The translations under genes were made by a program, and so were the position numbers. 47,800 nt of DNA from Candidatus Woesebacteria bacterium. Its GTDB lineage: Bacteria > Patescibacteriota > Microgenomatia > UBA12405. The notes beneath the pieces were generated by a model. It saw only the letters and a list, made by a program, of their open reading frames with translations, was not told the DNA's origin and searched no databases. Of this stretch, positions 19,061-29,414 are shown one piece after another. The stretch is taken from NCBI GenBank assembly GCA_035402805.1, contig DAONDY010000002.1, positions 1-47,800 of the forward strand. The letters are read 5' to 3'. Position 1 is the stretch's first letter. Each line of letters begins with the position of its first letter.

Positions 19061-19595
19061 ATTGAGACAAATCAGAAGAATTGTCGACTTTTACAACTAA
19101 AAACAACTCCTGGCTAGGGGTAGTTATTTTTGATAAATAAGAAAAAGATTTTTCTGTTTCTTCCATCAGCTCTTTTGTCTTTAGACCCTCTGGAAGAGAA
19201 GAAGTATAAATACTGGAATTATTGAGTTTGGAATTATTTAATTTTTCGTCACTTAAAAGAAAATTTTCACTGCTTTGATAAATGATTAAATCTGGATTTA
19301 CTCTCTTTAAAAAAACAGACCAGACAGCACCGTCTTGAGGCAGATTGATATTATTATTTTTAGGAACGGAAACGGAAAAATTAAATTTCGGCATTTTAAA
19401 AGAAAAATCTATATTCCGAATTAACCTATAAATCCAAAAGAATAGACTTAAGCCAATGGTTAAAGCCATAGCGATATAAACAAATCTTCTTTTTTTAATA
19501 AGGCGTTCTTTTTCGTTTTCTTTGTCAAAAAGACCTGGTTGATCGCTGTTTTGATCTTCACTATTCTTTTTAATTTTTTCGACTTTGGGAAGCAT
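19002..19595 (-). CDS. hypothetical membrane-anchored protein
   Basis: 197 aa with one TM after a charged N-terminus. Its 3' end overlaps the convergent PBP gene by 59 nt. Confidence 0.45.
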   Translation of the reverse strand: MLPKVEKIKKNSEDQNSDQPGLFDKENEKERLIKKRRFVYIAMALTIGLSLFFWIYRLIRNIDFSFKMPKFNFSVSVPKNNNINLPQDGAVWSVFLKRVNPDLIIYQSSENFLLSDEKLNNSKLNNSSIYTSSLPEGLKTKELMEETEKSFSYLSKITTPSQELFLVVKVDNSSDLSQSKKLLPGLIDQLYWYSLQK

Positions 19596-19596
19596 A

Positions 19597-20517
19597 TTAT
19601 TTATTGATTTGTTTAAGAGTTAAAAGACAAGTTTTAGCACCTAGGCAAGAAACAACTGAAGCAGAGTTTTTAATGGCCCAATGAAGTGCTTCTGGAATTG
19701 ATTTTTTATAAATTAAGGCACTGACAAATGTAGAACCAAAAGCATCACCGGCACCAGTTTCATCAACAGGCTTGACTTTAATTATCGGAGAAAAATAATG
19801 TTTGCCATCAGCAAAAACAAAAGCACCATCATGACCACCAGTGACGGCAATGGTAGGCGGAGAAAGAGAGACTAATTTATTCCAAAAATCTTTATGATTA
19901 AAATTTAGTTCAACTAAAGTTTCTGATTCTGTTTTGTTTAAAAGAAGAAAATCGACTAATTTTAAAAGTGGTAAAAGTTTTTTTCTCTGGGCCAATTCAC
20001 GACTACCTGGATTTAAAGCAATTTTTATTTTATTTTCTTTGGCAAAACCAATTAATTCTTCTAATAAATCAAGATTGCCCTCGAGTGAAGAAATATAGAA
20101 CCATTTGGCTTTAGGAATTTTGTCCCAATTCAAATATTTTTCATCAAGACGAGTGGTTCCCCTATTGGTGAGAATAGAACGACCGCCATCTGGAGCAACT
20201 AAAATGACCGAAAAATCAGTGGCATCGTTTTTATTTTTAATCAAAAGATTAACAGCAACAGATTCTTTCTTAAGATCGTCGATGACATAATTATTTAAGT
20301 GGTCATCACCAATAAGAGAAAGACAGGCCGATTTTAAACCGAGGCGAGAAAATGAAACAGAAGAGTTTGTGGCACCACCTCCAGAAGAAATCAGACTTTG
20401 ACTAGTTTCGTTTTTCGAGGCGTATTCTAGGGAAAGTAAATTTTTATCAACAATAAATTGTTTAGATTTAACAAAAATATCGATAGTGGCAGCACCAATA
20501 CTGACAACATCAAGCAT
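19597..20517 (-). CDS. PfkB-family carbohydrate kinase
   Basis: 306 aa with N-terminal GAATIDIF, a GG dipeptide region, and C-terminal DETGAGDAFGSTFVSAL (the PfkB signature 2). Confidence 0.8.
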   Translation of the reverse strand: MLDVVSIGAATIDIFVKSKQFIVDKNLLSLEYASKNETSQSLISSGGGATNSSVSFSRLGLKSACLSLIGDDHLNNYVIDDLKKESVAVNLLIKNKNDATDFSVILVAPDGGRSILTNRGTTRLDEKYLNWDKIPKAKWFYISSLEGNLDLLEELIGFAKENKIKIALNPGSRELAQRKKLLPLLKLVDFLLLNKTESETLVELNFNHKDFWNKLVSLSPPTIAVTGGHDGAFVFADGKHYFSPIIKVKPVDETGAGDAFGSTFVSALIYKKSIPEALHWAIKNSASVVSCLGAKTCLLTLKQINK

Positions 20518-21355
20518 AATTAGAAGTGGAAAAAAGAAGTAATTTTGACTTAATAATATTTTTTAAATCATCGATGGCTGGAGAAAAATTTTCATAAATT
20601 TTTTGACTAAAATCTTTGGAATAGATTTGAAATAATGAATGATTGAAATTATTCCTTAACTCAGTATTAATATTAATCTTGATGACACCTAATTTAATGG
20701 CCTGTGAAAGCTGATCAGAATTAATACCAGAACCGCCATGGAGAGTAATAAATTTATCTTCTGGAATTTTATTTTTGATTTTAGAAAGGAGATCTAGGTC
20801 AATAACTTCCGGTAATTTTAAACTAACTCCATGGAGATTGCCGATAGAAACGGCCAAAAGATCGGCATTAGTTTGAGTCATAAAATCATAGGCTTTATTT
20901 GGGTCGGTGAAACTGCTTTTGGAAACTACACTGTCAACCAGATTAATTTTATCGAATTCAACCTCAAAAAGAGTTTCGGGGTAATGAATTTTTAAATTGC
21001 TAATAAATTTTTGGCTGATTTCGAGATTGGTAGAATAATCCATTTTAGAACCATCAAAATGAACCATATCAAAACCAAGACTAATTAATTTTTCTAGACG
21101 AAGTTGGTCTTGACCGTGGTCCATATTTAAATAAATCGGAAGACCATCAAACTGAGCTTTTTTAACTAAAATAAAAAGACGTTCAGCGTGAATAAATTTA
21201 TCCTCACCGGCAGAAAGTTGAACAATACAGGGTAAACCTGTTTCTTTAACTGAATCTTCGATAGCCTGATAGATTTCGAAAGAATCAATATTAAAAGCAG
21301 GAATAGCTTTACCAGTAGCTCGATATTCAATTAATATTTGATGTAAAGTTTTCAT
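20510..21355 (-). CDS. fba: class II fructose/ketose-bisphosphate aldolase
   Basis: 281 aa. Matches IPAFNI, LNMDHG, GNLHG and LHGGSG in the order typical of class II aldolases. Confidence 0.8.
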   Translation of the reverse strand: MKTLHQILIEYRATGKAIPAFNIDSFEIYQAIEDSVKETGLPCIVQLSAGEDKFIHAERLFILVKKAQFDGLPIYLNMDHGQDQLRLEKLISLGFDMVHFDGSKMDYSTNLEISQKFISNLKIHYPETLFEVEFDKINLVDSVVSKSSFTDPNKAYDFMTQTNADLLAVSIGNLHGVSLKLPEVIDLDLLSKIKNKIPEDKFITLHGGSGINSDQLSQAIKLGVIKININTELRNNFNHSLFQIYSKDFSQKIYENFSPAIDDLKNIIKSKLLLFSTSNYA

Positions 21356-22296
21356 AATATTTTTTTAACAGCAGAGAGAAGATCGGCAACTCCGATACCA
21401 TAATTATCATACAACTCCTGATAATTTTTAGCTGAACGACCAAATTTATCATCGACAGCTAAATGAATAAATTTACAAGGAAGATGATTGGATAAAATTA
21501 AAGAAGCGACGGCTTCCCCTAACCCGCCATTTTTTTGATGATCCTCAAGACAAATTAGACGACCAGTTTTTTTAATACTCTTTAAGAGAGTAATAATATC
21601 GAGAGGTTTTATTGAAGAACAATTAATAATTTCCAAAGAGATTTTTTTATATTTTGGATCTAAATTTAATTTAGCTTGAACATTGAAAGCCTCTTCGAGA
21701 ATAGGACCATGACCAACAATGGTGACATCTTTTCCTGATTGTAAACGATGAGATTTACCAATAGTAAAATCTAATTTTTGATCAAAAAAATTAGAAGTAT
21801 TTGGCCTAACCAAACGAATATAAGCTGGTTTTTTACTGAAAGCGATGGCTTTAATAATTTTGGCGGTTTCTAAAGCATCAACAGGCGAAAAAACTTCCAT
21901 ATTAGGGAGGCTGCGCATTAAAGCAATGTCTTCAAGCATTTGATGGGTGGCACCAAGATCGGTGCTAAGTAACCCAGCATGAGAACCGATAATTTTAACA
22001 TTTGAATTGTTGTAACAAATTGATTGTTTTATAGTGTTCCAATTAATAGCTGGGGAAAAACAAGCAAAGGAAGTTAAAAAAACAGTTTTACCTGTTTTAG
22101 CAAGACCGGCAGCAATTCCAGCGGCGTTAGTTTCAGAGACACCACATTCAATGAAACGTTTGGGAAATTTTTTAGCAAAATCATTTAAAAAGAGAGATGA
22201 TTTTAAATCAACATCAACCACATATATATTTTTATTAGTCTTAGCTAGTTTTAAAATTGTTTCTCCAAATGATTGACGAATAGAATTAATTATCAT
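21352..22296 (-). CDS. transketolase, C-terminal (pyrimidine-binding) subunit
   Basis: 314 aa. Matches ECGVSETNAAGIAAGLA and HAGLLSTDLGATHQ, typical of the split transketolase B subunit. It overlaps the N-terminal subunit gene by 4 nt. Confidence 0.85.
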   Translation of the reverse strand: MIINSIRQSFGETILKLAKTNKNIYVVDVDLKSSLFLNDFAKKFPKRFIECGVSETNAAGIAAGLAKTGKTVFLTSFACFSPAINWNTIKQSICYNNSNVKIIGSHAGLLSTDLGATHQMLEDIALMRSLPNMEVFSPVDALETAKIIKAIAFSKKPAYIRLVRPNTSNFFDQKLDFTIGKSHRLQSGKDVTIVGHGPILEEAFNVQAKLNLDPKYKKISLEIINCSSIKPLDIITLLKSIKKTGRLICLEDHQKNGGLGEAVASLILSNHLPCKFIHLAVDDKFGRSAKNYQELYDNYGIGVADLLSAVKKIL

Positions 22297-23072
22297 AATT
22301 CTGATTTAGCTCTTTGGTATAAGCTTTCTGATAGATTTTTAATATCGTGATAATGAAAATTGTTTTCCATAAAAGAGACCCCTTTGCCCAAAACTGTTTT
22401 AGCAATAATACAGGTGGGATAAATTGAATTTTTAGCATTTTTTAGGGCAGAAATTATTTGATTAAAATTGTGGCCATCAACAGTAGTGACAGTCCAGCCA
22501 AATTGAATATATTTACCAGCCAAATTGTCGAGAGGCATAATTTCGGAAGTGGATCCATCAATCTGCATTTGGTTGAAATCAACTATATTAATTAAGTTGC
22601 CTAATTTATATTTTTTAGCAAAAAGTAGTGATTCCCAAATTTGACCTTCTTGATGTTCACCATCACTAGTTAAACAAATAGTAGTTCTTTTTTTATCACC
22701 AAGAGCTAAACCACAGGCAAAAGAAAGCCCTTGACCAAGAGAACCAGAGGAATATTCAACTCCATTAACGTCACGAGAAACATGACCTTGTAAAAGAGAG
22801 TTAAAAGAAGAATAGTCGTCGAGAGAATTTTTAGGAAAATAACCAGCATTGGCCAGAACAACATAAAGAGCTGGAGCTAGATGTCCAGCAGATAAAACAA
22901 AATGATCTTTTTTAAAATTAAATAAATTTCCAAAATAAACCGCAGTAATTAAATCGAGTGAAGAAAGAGAACCACCTATGTGTCCCCCATTTTTATAAAC
23001 CATATCCAATAAATCATGGCGAAGATTTTGACTTACAATTTGAAGTGGATGCGTTTTAATAAACGAGAGCAT
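22293..23072 (-). CDS. transketolase, N-terminal (TPP-binding) subunit
   Basis: 259 aa. Matches GGHIGGSLS, SAGH, GSLGQGLS and TSDGEHQEG. Confidence 0.85.
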   Translation of the reverse strand: MLSFIKTHPLQIVSQNLRHDLLDMVYKNGGHIGGSLSSLDLITAVYFGNLFNFKKDHFVLSAGHLAPALYVVLANAGYFPKNSLDDYSSFNSLLQGHVSRDVNGVEYSSGSLGQGLSFACGLALGDKKRTTICLTSDGEHQEGQIWESLLFAKKYKLGNLINIVDFNQMQIDGSTSEIMPLDNLAGKYIQFGWTVTTVDGHNFNQIISALKNAKNSIYPTCIIAKTVLGKGVSFMENNFHYHDIKNLSESLYQRAKSEL

Positions 23073-23120
23073 TAATTAAGTATAAAGCAAAAAGCCGCTG
23101 AGATATAATAGGCAATAGGA

Positions 23121-23621
23121 ATGGATGGTTTTTATAAAAAATATTATCTAGGGATAAGAAAATTCGTAAGTCAAAAAATCGATGATGAAGGAATTGTTGA
23201 CGAATTGACTAACGACATTATGATGGCGGCGATGATGTGCAGATCAAATTTTAATGGTAAGTGTAACGAATTTAGTTGGATATGCAGTATTGCTAAACAC
23301 AAAATTGTTGATTATTACCGAAAAAAAAAGATAAAAACGATTTTATTCTCAGTATCTCCAAGCTTTGAAGAAATTGCTGATAAAGCCTTAACACCAGAAA
23401 GAGACGCTCTTAAAAATGAATTAAAAGAAGAAATAATAAAAACTTTAAAAGAATTAGGCAAAGGTTATAAAGAAATATTACGACTTAAATATATAGAAGG
23501 AATGAAAATTAGCGAAATTGCCAAAAATTTGAAATTAACGATTAAGGCAGTGGAGTCTAAATTAATAAGAGCTAAAAAGAAATTTAGAGAAGTTTGGATT
23601 TATGATCAAAAAAAGAATTAA
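23121..23621 (+). CDS. ECF-type RNA polymerase sigma-70 family factor
   Basis: 166 aa. Region 2 (FSWICSIAKHKIVDYYRKKK) and a region 4 HTH (YKEILRLKYIEGMKISEIAKNLKLTIKAVESKLIRAKKKF). Confidence 0.8.
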   Translation: MDGFYKKYYLGIRKFVSQKIDDEGIVDELTNDIMMAAMMCRSNFNGKCNEFSWICSIAKHKIVDYYRKKKIKTILFSVSPSFEEIADKALTPERDALKNELKEEIIKTLKELGKGYKEILRLKYIEGMKISEIAKNLKLTIKAVESKLIRAKKKFREVWIYDQKKN

Positions 23622-23946
23622 AAAAATAGGTGAATTAATATTTTTGATAACAGTAAGACAAGTTTGGAAATTGTTATGTAATTTATACAATATTATCGAG
23701 CAACCATTTTTGACCTTAAAAAAACTGATAATTAAAGATAAAGATAAATCACAGATTTTTTTGGTGGGATTAATGGTAATAATGCCAGCACTCTTATATA
23801 TGAGTGCCCGAATAGTTTGGGATAATTATAATTACGGTTTTGTTTTAAATTCAGTGGGACGAGTATTTTTAATTATTTTAATAATAGAAACAATTATTTT
23901 GGGATATTTAGGATTTTGGATTTGGAAAATTTTTAGAAAAAGATAG
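23602..23946 (+). CDS. small membrane protein, possibly the cognate anti-sigma partner
   Basis: 114 aa with 3 TM segments, overlapping the sigma gene by 20 nt on the same strand. The anti-sigma role is inferred from position only. Confidence 0.35.
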   Translation: MIKKRIKKIGELIFLITVRQVWKLLCNLYNIIEQPFLTLKKLIIKDKDKSQIFLVGLMVIMPALLYMSARIVWDNYNYGFVLNSVGRVFLIILIIETIILGYLGFWIWKIFRKR

Positions 23947-23983
23947 GAATGTATTTTTAAAAACCCTCGACTAAATTATTACT

Positions 23984-24436
23984 ATGATTAAAAACACGAC
24001 TATTGATTTTCAAAGTAAAAAACAATTAGCATTTAAAGATATTACCGATGAAGTGGAGAAAATCGTTGAAAAAACAAAAATAAAAAAAGGAAATGTTTTA
24101 GTTTTTTCAACTCATACTACTCTGGCAATTTGTATAAATGAAAAAGAAAAAGGGATAGTTAAAGATTTTAGAAACTTGATTAATCGATTAATCCCAAAAG
24201 ATGCGTATTATTATCATAATGATTTAAATGTCAGAACTGAAAATTTAGTGTGTCAATCAGCCGCATCTGATTGTTTAAACGGGCATTCTCACTGTGCTCA
24301 CCTGTTGATGAGAAATTCAGAAACTATTCCCATTATTGACGGAAAAATGGCTTTGGGAATTTGGCAAAGGATTTTTGCAATTGAGCTTGATTGTTGCCGA
24401 AAAAGAAAAATAATAGTTCAAGTTACGGGCGAGTAA
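23984..24436 (+). CDS. YjbQ family (UPF0047) secondary thiamine-phosphate synthase-like protein
   Basis: 150 aa. Matches STHTTLAICINE and NGHSHCAHLL, as in the YjbQ family. Confidence 0.7.
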   Translation: MIKNTTIDFQSKKQLAFKDITDEVEKIVEKTKIKKGNVLVFSTHTTLAICINEKEKGIVKDFRNLINRLIPKDAYYYHNDLNVRTENLVCQSAASDCLNGHSHCAHLLMRNSETIPIIDGKMALGIWQRIFAIELDCCRKRKIIVQVTGE

Positions 24437-25280
24437 TTTCGGTAATTCTTTGAACAACTTCCTCTAAAATTGACTCAGGAGTACTGGCACCAGAACTGAC
24501 GGCAATATTTTTTTGATTAGAGAACCATTTGGGATCGATTTCTAAAGCATTATCGATAATATGGCTGATGGCACCGCAAGATTCGGCTACTTTTTGTAAA
24601 CTATTGGAATTAGCACTAGTTGGCGAACCAACAATTATGACTAAAGTACAAGTTTTAGCTAATTCAATAACAGCATTTTGCCGATCGGTGGTAGCTTGGC
24701 AAATGTGGGGCATGATGGTAATTTGAGGATATTTGCTTTTAAGAAAATCTAAAGCATCTTTAGTTTCCAATGTGGAAAGAGTGGTTTGAGTCATGACAAT
24801 ATAATTTTGAGGGTCATCGATATTTAAGGTGGTAACATCATCGATAACAACCGGAGTGACAATGTAAGGGTCTTCGCCGACAACGCCAACTGTTTCATCG
24901 TGGGTAATGCTATTACATAAAAATATTATTTTTTTATTCTGACCACTAAATCTGCTGACTGTTTGGTGAGACTTTAAAACGAGAGGACAGCTAGCATCAA
25001 TAATTGTTAAACCCTTAGCAACGGCTTGGTTAAATGTTTGAGGCGGAGCACCATGAGCTCGAATAATAACGACAGAACCACGAGGAATTTGATCAATAGA
25101 TTGAACTGTTTTTATGTTTAACTCTGATTCCAACCAATCAACAACGTGCTGATTATGAACTAACTCCCCTAAAAAATAAATATTTTCCTTGTATTTTTCG
25201 CGCGTTTCTTTGGCTAAATCAATAGCTCGATTAATGCCAAAACAAAAACCATGAGGACAGGCAATAGAAATATTGGCCAT
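24423..25280 (-). CDS. ispH: 4-hydroxy-3-methylbut-2-enyl diphosphate reductase
   Basis: 285 aa with GFCFGINRAI at the N-terminus, IRAHG, conserved Cys positions and SGASTPE at the C-terminus. Confidence 0.85.
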   Translation of the reverse strand: MANISIACPHGFCFGINRAIDLAKETREKYKENIYFLGELVHNQHVVDWLESELNIKTVQSIDQIPRGSVVIIRAHGAPPQTFNQAVAKGLTIIDASCPLVLKSHQTVSRFSGQNKKIIFLCNSITHDETVGVVGEDPYIVTPVVIDDVTTLNIDDPQNYIVMTQTTLSTLETKDALDFLKSKYPQITIMPHICQATTDRQNAVIELAKTCTLVIIVGSPTSANSNSLQKVAESCGAISHIIDNALEIDPKWFSNQKNIAVSSGASTPESILEEVVQRITEITRP

Positions 25281-25354
25281 AGCTGATTTTAACCTAAAAA
25301 GAATCTAATTACTTAAGAAAAAATAGTTTTTCTGTGATTAAATGAAGTTTACTA

Positions 25355-26305
25355 ATGATAGTAAGACAAAAAATTTTTGATACTTATTGGAAATTTGCTG
25401 CCGAAAGACAGAAAATTTTTTTTAAAAAACTTAAAGGAAGCTCAGCCCCCTACTCAGATGATGAAATTTTAAATAATTATAAATTTTGCAATGCTTATCG
25501 AGCCAGTGATAGAGTATCTCAATTTTTGATAAAGGAGGTAATTTATAAAGGAAACTTTAGCAAATTAGATACCCTCTTTAGAATATTTTTGTTTAGGTTA
25601 TTAAATAAAAATGAAAGTTGGATAAGTTTAGAAAGAAAAGTTGGGGAAATTTCTATTAAGAATTTTGGCTTTGAAAAATATGAAAAGGCAATAGAAGATA
25701 TTATTAAAGAAAATGGAGTTTTTTATGGAAATGCTTTTATTCTCTGTGCTAATAAAGTTTATGGTTATGATGAAAAATACAAAAACCATTTGGCTTTATT
25801 AAGTGAAATTTTTATAAAAAGTAATAAAGGTTTAGATTTATTAGAATCAAAAAGCCTAAAAGAATTATTCGAAAAATTAATTAAAATGCCGTTGATTGGG
25901 AAATTTATGGCATATCAAATTGCCATTGATTTTAATTATTCTGAAGTTTTTGATTTTGATGAAGATGATTTTACTTGTGCCGGACCAGGAGCTATCAGAG
26001 GAATTAATAAATGTTTTAAAACCTTAGGAAATAAAAGTTATGAAGAAATAATTTTATGGATGGTGAAAAATCAGGACAAAGAATTTAAAAGATTAAAAAT
26101 CAATTTTAAAGATCTATTTGGAAGAAAACTACATGCAATTGATTGTCAAAATTTATTTTGTGAAACTGATAAATATTGCCGGGTTAAGTTTCCAAAATTA
26201 AAAAGTAATAGAAGTAAAATTAAGTCTGTTTACAGGGAAAATAAGGGAAAAATCGAATACTTTTACCCACCAAAATGGGGTATAAATAAAAAAGTTAGAT
26301 CTTGA
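25355..26305 (+). CDS. putative DNA base hypermodification protein (aGPT-Pplase / 5-hmdU DNA kinase helical-domain family)
   Basis: 316 aa. The N-terminal pattern ERQKIFFKK...PYSDDEILNNYKFCNAYRASDRVSQFLI, plus FMAYQIAIDFNY, GPGAIRG and IDCQNLFCETDKYCR, matches my memory of proteins annotated in this family. The call is based on recollection only, not a search. Confidence 0.45.
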   Translation: MIVRQKIFDTYWKFAAERQKIFFKKLKGSSAPYSDDEILNNYKFCNAYRASDRVSQFLIKEVIYKGNFSKLDTLFRIFLFRLLNKNESWISLERKVGEISIKNFGFEKYEKAIEDIIKENGVFYGNAFILCANKVYGYDEKYKNHLALLSEIFIKSNKGLDLLESKSLKELFEKLIKMPLIGKFMAYQIAIDFNYSEVFDFDEDDFTCAGPGAIRGINKCFKTLGNKSYEEIILWMVKNQDKEFKRLKINFKDLFGRKLHAIDCQNLFCETDKYCRVKFPKLKSNRSKIKSVYRENKGKIEYFYPPKWGINKKVRS

Positions 26306-26375
26306 GACGCGGATGGGAGTTGAACCCATCTATACGGTTTTGCAGACCGCTGTCTAACCGCTTGACTACCGCGTC
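26305..26375 (-). tRNA. tRNA-Cys (anticodon GCA), no encoded CCA
   Basis: The minus strand reads GACGCGG-TA-GTCA-AGCGGTTA-GAC-A-GCGGT-CTGCAAA-ACCGT-ATAGA-TGGGT-TCAACTC-CCATC(C)GCGTC-T. The anticodon loop is CTGCAAA and the discriminator is U73, as expected for tRNA-Cys. Confidence 0.85.
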
Positions 26376-26400
26376 ATTTAGAAAAGTAATGTATTTTATC

Positions 26401-26424
26401 AAAAAACCCTCCGATTAGGGAGGG
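26401..26424 (-). terminator. rho-independent terminator downstream of groEL
   Basis: CCCTCC (26407-26412) and GGAGGG (26419-26424) form the stem. An A6 run on the plus strand (26401-26406) gives a U-run on the minus strand. A second hairpin, ATCGGCC-AGA-GGCCGAT, lies at about 26440-26456. Confidence 0.6.
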
Positions 26425-26467
26425 TTTTAGGATTTGTTTATCGGCCAGAGGCCGATGAGCCTTTGGC

Positions 26468-28123
<1,656 letters not shown>

Positions 28124-28158
28124 TTAGTAATTTAGTTAATTAGTAAGTAGTAATTAGT

Positions 28159-28458
28159 TTATTTGATAATTGCCATGATGTCATCGAATTTTAAGAGCAG
28201 TAGTTCGACATCATTTTCTTTATATTCTTTACCACCCCATTCTCGATAAATAACAATATCGCCAATTTGACAGGGAGATTTGATTTCATGGCCATCGTCA
28301 AAAATGGAATTGCCAACGGCTAAAACTTTGCCCTGTTGAGGCTTGTCTTGGTGAGATTCCGGCAAGACTATTCCGGACGCAGTAGTTTTTTCTTGTTTTT
28401 GCGGTTCTACTAAAAGATAACCGGCAACTGGATTAATTTTGGTCATAGATTTAATCAA
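28159..28458 (-). CDS. groS: co-chaperonin GroES
   Basis: 99 aa, immediately upstream of groEL on the same strand. It has the mobile loop TASGIVLPE and the typical GroES length. Confidence 0.9.
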   Translation of the reverse strand: MIKSMTKINPVAGYLLVEPQKQEKTTASGIVLPESHQDKPQQGKVLAVGNSIFDDGHEIKSPCQIGDIVIYREWGGKEYKENDVELLLLKFDDIMAIIK

Positions 28459-28472
28459 TAATTAATTAATAA

Positions 28473-28499
28473 TTATCAGTCAAAATGACCGACTGCTAA
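28473..28499 (-). promoter_or_regulatory. CIRCE-like inverted repeat (putative HrcA operator) upstream of groES
   Basis: TTATCAGTC-N9-GACTGCTAA, compared with the canonical CIRCE TTAGCACTC-N9-GAGTGCTAA. It is a 9-nt-spaced inverted repeat with one arm mismatch, 15 nt upstream of the groES start. Confidence 0.55.
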
Positions 28500-28559
28500 T
28501 ATTATAACCAGACTTAGGTGTACGTCAAGTATTTTAAATTGATAAAATTAGATAATTGA

Positions 28560-29414
28560 ATGAAACTAAATAAAGCTAAAGTTTTTGGAAAATATACATT
28601 TTATTATTTACCGGAAGATAAATATATTGGTCAAAGAATTGCATTGGAAAAATACGAACCGTATGAAACTAATTTAATTCAAAGACAGGTTAAAAATGGA
28701 GATGTGGTGGTAGATGTAGGGGCAAATATCGGCTATTACACGGTGTTGTTGGCTCAAAAGGCAAAAAAAGTTTATGCTTTTGAACCTGATTCAGTTAATT
28801 TTGAAATTTTAGAAAAAAATATTAAAGCAAATAATTTAAAAAATGTAGTGGCAGTAAAAGCAGCGGTGGGAAGTAAAAATGGAGAACTAAATTTATATAA
28901 ATCAGAGGAAAATTTAGGAGACCATAAGTTATTTAAAATCCCTCTCGGCTCCGCCGCATCTCCCTTTGACAAAAGGGAGAAGATAAAAGTTGTTAAATTG
29001 GATGATTTTATAAAAGAACCTGTTGATTTGATTAAAATTGATACCCAAGGATGGGAGCCGGAAGTGATTGAAGGGGCAAAAAAAACAATTAAAAATTGTA
29101 AACCTATTTTGTTTATGGAGTACTCCTCGTCCAGTTATAAACTGGCAAAATTAAATGAAAATAAAATGATGGAATTTTTGAAAAGTATTTATAAAAAATT
29201 TTTTTGGATTGATGAATGGCTGTATATATATAAAGTATTGGATAAGAATAAAATTGATAAAATTTGTAGTTCAAACAAGACTGGTTATGCCGATTTATGG
29301 ATGAAAAAAAATATAAGTTTTAAAGATATAATTGGTCAATTTAGAGATTTAAAAATTAAAAAATGGCTGAAGAAAATCATTTTGGGATATAATGGGTTTG
29401 TATGTCAAAAATAA
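28560..29414 (+). CDS. FkbM family methyltransferase
   Basis: 284 aa with the SAM-binding VVDVGANIGYYT motif, FEP, and the IKIDTQGWEPEVIEGA region typical of FkbM-family enzymes. Confidence 0.75.
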   Translation: MKLNKAKVFGKYTFYYLPEDKYIGQRIALEKYEPYETNLIQRQVKNGDVVVDVGANIGYYTVLLAQKAKKVYAFEPDSVNFEILEKNIKANNLKNVVAVKAAVGSKNGELNLYKSEENLGDHKLFKIPLGSAASPFDKREKIKVVKLDDFIKEPVDLIKIDTQGWEPEVIEGAKKTIKNCKPILFMEYSSSSYKLAKLNENKMMEFLKSIYKKFFWIDEWLYIYKVLDKNKIDKICSSNKTGYADLWMKKNISFKDIIGQFRDLKIKKWLKKIILGYNGFVCQK

